From Trichosphaerium sp. ATCC 40318 (taxonomy: Eukaryota; Protista; Tubulinea): a stretch of 64,000 nucleotides of DNA. The stretch's first letter is position 1, and each line of letters begins with the position of its first letter. Below the pieces are notes generated by a model. It saw only the letters and a program-made list of their open reading frames with translations. It ran no database searches and was not told where the DNA came from. Made by a program: the position numbers and the translations under genes. Positions 60,738-64,000 of the stretch are shown piece after piece. The stretch is taken from the NCBI GenBank assembly GCA_038496445.1, contig JALMLS010000056.1, positions 1 to 64,000 on the forward strand. The letters are read 5' to 3'.

Positions 60738-61088
60738 TCAAAACAAACCCTTTCGTTCAAATGCGTCCACAAGTTGCAGTAAATAGTCTGCACCTGCTTC
60801 CAGGCCATCTTTTGAGAGGATTTCGCGTACTTGCACCTCTGGATTGAAGGTAACCTTGCGTGTGGTACAGGTTTGGACCTTTCTCTGCGGTTTGACTTCC
60901 ATTTCTTCTAGAAGTTGCAGTATGTAGTTCGCACCAGCTTCTAGGCCACCTTTCGAGAGGATCTCGTGTATTTGCACCTCTGGATCGACTGTGACTGTCT
61001 TCTCGGCGGCTGGTGGTTGTGGTTTGCCAAAAAAGAGTCTGTATGTGCGATTGGTGAAGTTTTCGATCGATTTGATAAGAGTAGACAT
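60738..61088 (-). CDS. Intronless 116-aa protein with an internal duplication and an RVxF-type PP1-docking motif
   Basis: KTVTVDPEVQIHEILSKGGLEAGANYILQL and RKVTFNPEVQVREILSKDGLEAGADYLLQL (141-bp period). Confidence 0.65.
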   Translation of the reverse strand: MSTLIKSIENFTNRTYRLFFGKPQPPAAEKTVTVDPEVQIHEILSKGGLEAGANYILQLLEEMEVKPQRKVQTCTTRKVTFNPEVQVREILSKDGLEAGADYLLQLVDAFERKGLF

Positions 61089-61547
61089 GATGAAGTGATG
61101 GCGCGTAGATGTATTTAAATTATGAGCTTAAGGTGCACCAAAAACGGTTAAGTGATTGAAGATTCCATTGACTCGGCGTGGACTGTAAGGCAGATTTCAA
61201 TTGCACTAAATAAGTACCTTGCAACTTAATACTATCTCAACCATCCCGGGAATTTAGGGATGTGAAGTTACTTAAGAAACAACAGATCCTGAGGAATAAG
61301 AATAAAAGAAGAATTCATTCCAAAGTCAGCTGCAACAGGCAAAATAGACGGTGAAATCAATCGGCAACACCTAGTCATTTTTCTAAAAAAAACTTGAAAG
61401 CATCACAGTGCTAATTTAATTCTGGTATTATATTTACAATTGCTACAACTCTCATAGTCATCCGCAGAGGGTTGAAACTTCAAAAAGTATCTGGTGGACT
61501 TGAACCTTTCGTTATCGTACAACTTGACTTCCTATCTACTGTAGTAA

Positions 61548-62168
61548 TCAAGTATTTGGTGTTGCTGCCTTTGGATGCTTTCTAGGCCTTCCAGGCCGTC
61601 TGGCAGGTGCACGTAGTTGGACCTCATATTTTGAATTATTCGATCCTGTCAGTTCCTGTTCTATGTAATCTATACGTGCGTGCATATCCCAATTCATATC
61701 CTTTATCCTCTTTTCAAGTACACCTGCAGTTTTTCGAACCAAATTCTCAACACGCTGCATTTGTGTCTTAACTACAGTGTATAGTTCCTCTTGAGAAGAC
61801 CGGTTAACAGTTCGGTAAACTTGATCCTTTATGGTCGAGTTAGGGTCGCCCGAAGAAAAATCGTCCAATTGCATCGCAGTGGAAGTCGAGGCACGTCTCG
61901 TGCTGGACCTTGTTCCATTATCCGTTGATTTGCCGTTCTTGGCAGAATCGCGAGAGCGTAGAGTTTTACGTCGCTTACGTGGAATAGTTTTAGTGGCGGG
62001 AAAGTACTCTTGGGATTCTAAAGAGGCTGCTGGCTTCTTTCGCTTCCGGGAAGGTCTGCTACTTGATGAGCTTTTGCCGTTTAGCTCAGGAAGAATTTTA
62101 TCATCATGAGACCTCGGTAATGCCATGAATGTCCTTTGTGTACGTTCCTTTGGTGTGTAACTTATCAT
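61548..62168 (-). CDS. Intronless basic nuclear protein with coiled coil and a C-terminal AT-hook
   Basis: NLS-like RKRKK and RKRRK; C-terminal RRPGRPRKHP; start codon uncertain (62126 or 62168). Confidence 0.6.
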   Translation of the reverse strand: MISYTPKERTQRTFMALPRSHDDKILPELNGKSSSSSRPSRKRKKPAASLESQEYFPATKTIPRKRRKTLRSRDSAKNGKSTDNGTRSSTRRASTSTAMQLDDFSSGDPNSTIKDQVYRTVNRSSQEELYTVVKTQMQRVENLVRKTAGVLEKRIKDMNWDMHARIDYIEQELTGSNNSKYEVQLRAPARRPGRPRKHPKAATPNT

Positions 62169-64000
62169 ACTAACATAATTCGGCTTTTCAAACTCCTTTT
62201 TGGCGGTGAATTTAAAATTATTATGATCGAATAGCTTTTGGAAGAAAAAAAGTGTTTTTGTCTTCGTCTTTGCTATCTGTTTGATTTCTGTTTTTGCCTT
62301 TTTAAGGGCAGTATAATGATAAACAAAGCACTTGCAATGGAGTTTTGATGTGTAGTCGCTATCAACGAGATTTGAACAAAATAATTCTTCGGGTTTGCTT
62401 TTTCGCTTCATGCTTTTCTGTACTACTTGCTGTAAAGCTGATTTTTGGCCGTTTTCATTAACACGCTTTGTTTGACGAAATAACCGTAGTAAATCATTGC
62501 CTCTACACAAAGTAATTAAGTTTACATGAATTATTTTAAGTCACATGTCAAAAAAAAATTTGCACGTGCTCACCTAAAGAACCACTCCAATTTTACCCAT
62601 TTCTTCTTGGATTGCTCATAAAGAGATATTATCCTTGCAATAGGGTACGGTTGCGTAGTATTATCACTTAACAAAACACAGTCGTAAACGTGATAAGTTT
62701 CATCCTGTAAAGTAAAAAGTCAGCCGTTAAATTAAATAAAAAATGATCCAGCCACAAAAAAATAATGACGTGGGTTTTTTTGCTATTGTGGGACAGGAAG
62801 TTGTTGCAAAAAAAAAAAAATTTGTACCTTGTACTTGCAAGCCTCATAAAATATGCGAGTGCCAATTTGCTTTACAGCCTTCCCAATCCACGTTGTGGGT
62901 GAGCTACGTTGTGGTCGCGTGTTAGTCATCCATTAATAAGATGGCGCTAAAAAAAGTATTAATAATTGGACTTGACGCTTGAGATGAAAAAATTGACGTT
63001 AGATCATTAAATAAGGTGTACTAAATGCGGAGCAGGTGATCGGCATCAAAGAGCTGTTAGCGCAATGTCACCACTCTCAAAAGGGCTTAAATTGCAATAA
63101 AACGGTATGAGGCGCATTTTTGCCCTTATAAGAATCTTTGGGTACAGATGAGCACTTACCGACTGGAGACAAGCCCGCTGCTGCTAGGGCAGTAAATTGA
63201 CGCTTTCCCTGACGTCAGCTGATGAGTTGAGGGTGTGATGGACCTGTTTAATAGATCAGAGGCGAGGTGAAGGTGGTAAAAAAGCGGCTAATCCATTAAA
63301 GCGCTGCGGTAGCATTGGTACCGTTTTAAACTGCCCAAGTGAAGCGATCTCGTGGGTCAACTGTTAACAGCTAATAAAGGACAATAGCTCCTTTGTAATT
63401 GTGCACCAGGTTGCGATAGAACAGCCTCAAGCGCTTGTACGGGGATTTGTTCTTTAGTAAAATTCGGTCCGTCCAAGTTCAATTCAAGGTGCCGTTTACT
63501 TTTGATACTTAACAATGCATTTACTTGCGTAACGGTTGTGCGCTACATACTGGGCGGTTTTCAACCGTAATAAGGGCTTTTCAATTAAGGAGACTACGCT
63601 GAACGCGAAATCGTCACAAAGTGAGAAAAACTTCGCGTCTCGCGCGTCTGACAGTGCTCTAACTCAAAAATTCGTAGATAAAATGCATAAACCTTCACAT
63701 ACAAGAGCAGAATCGCAACAAACCAAACCTACGTATGCAGAGTTAAAAGATGAAGTGCGTACAGCTTTAAATTGCTTTATAGATAGATAGATAGAAAATG
63801 GAAAGTAAGACGAACTAACTTATTTTGCAAAAGGAGTTGTCTAGTAGGCACTCTCTGGGTAGACTATTGGTTAAAAGTACGAAATTATCCTTTTTATGAC
63901 GCTATTGCGCCTAAATGGGTGCTCCTCTTGCTACACCCGCGTCAGCAACGCGTTGACACTATGCATAGGAAAAATTGGCCCTGTCACAGGCGAATTGGTA

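Noticed and set aside
63219-63226. CTGATGAG hammerhead core or snoRNA box C
   Set aside because: No stem II followed by GAAA, and no suitably placed box D with a terminal stem.
63536-63790. 84-aa ORF ending in (GATA)n as a LINE 3' end
   Set aside because: No reverse transcriptase or endonuclease motif is visible; the microsatellite alone is insufficient.
1-64000. Alternative genetic code or widespread pseudogenisation to explain the fragmented ORFs
   Set aside because: In-frame stops fall within short introns, and TGA (5221), TAG (12476) and TAA (37355) all act as true terminators.

Overview
Gene-dense, AT-rich eukaryotic nuclear DNA with many very short spliceosomal introns (mostly about 40-70 nt) and the standard genetic code. 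The gene content suggests a free-living phagotrophic protist, probably an amoebozoan (inference). By splicing exons manually I reconstruct about 25 genes: DED-like/LRR/PP2C, QNG1 queuosine salvage, two EF-hand paralogs head-to-head with a two-pore channel, a C2 protein, a plant-type LRR-mucin receptor, F-box/MORN, NT-C2/DIL, OGFr-like, Kelch-SAM-PARP-like, a secreted RTX-like protein, a double alliinase/TAA1-like enzyme, an LRR protein, a BBOX-like dioxygenase, a helical-repeat nuclease, ankyrin-metallophosphoesterase, D123-RBD-RhoGEF, an LpqC-like esterase, a Zn2Cys6 factor, a RING protein and others. Best candidate for an undescribed system: 41181-43630, where five Trp-rich ~73-aa repeats, built as repeated exon cassettes, are fused to an apparently intact PD-(D/E)xK (Vsr/RAP-like) nuclease. 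Also notable: at least 7 GC-AG introns, one GA-AG intron and frequent AAG acceptors, tied to strong CACGTG enrichment; three pseudo-enzyme domain fusions; and several virus- or bacteria-like genes. No rRNA, tRNA or CRISPR array was found. All domain calls come from motif recognition by eye, not database searches, and coordinates of multi-exon genes are outer bounds.
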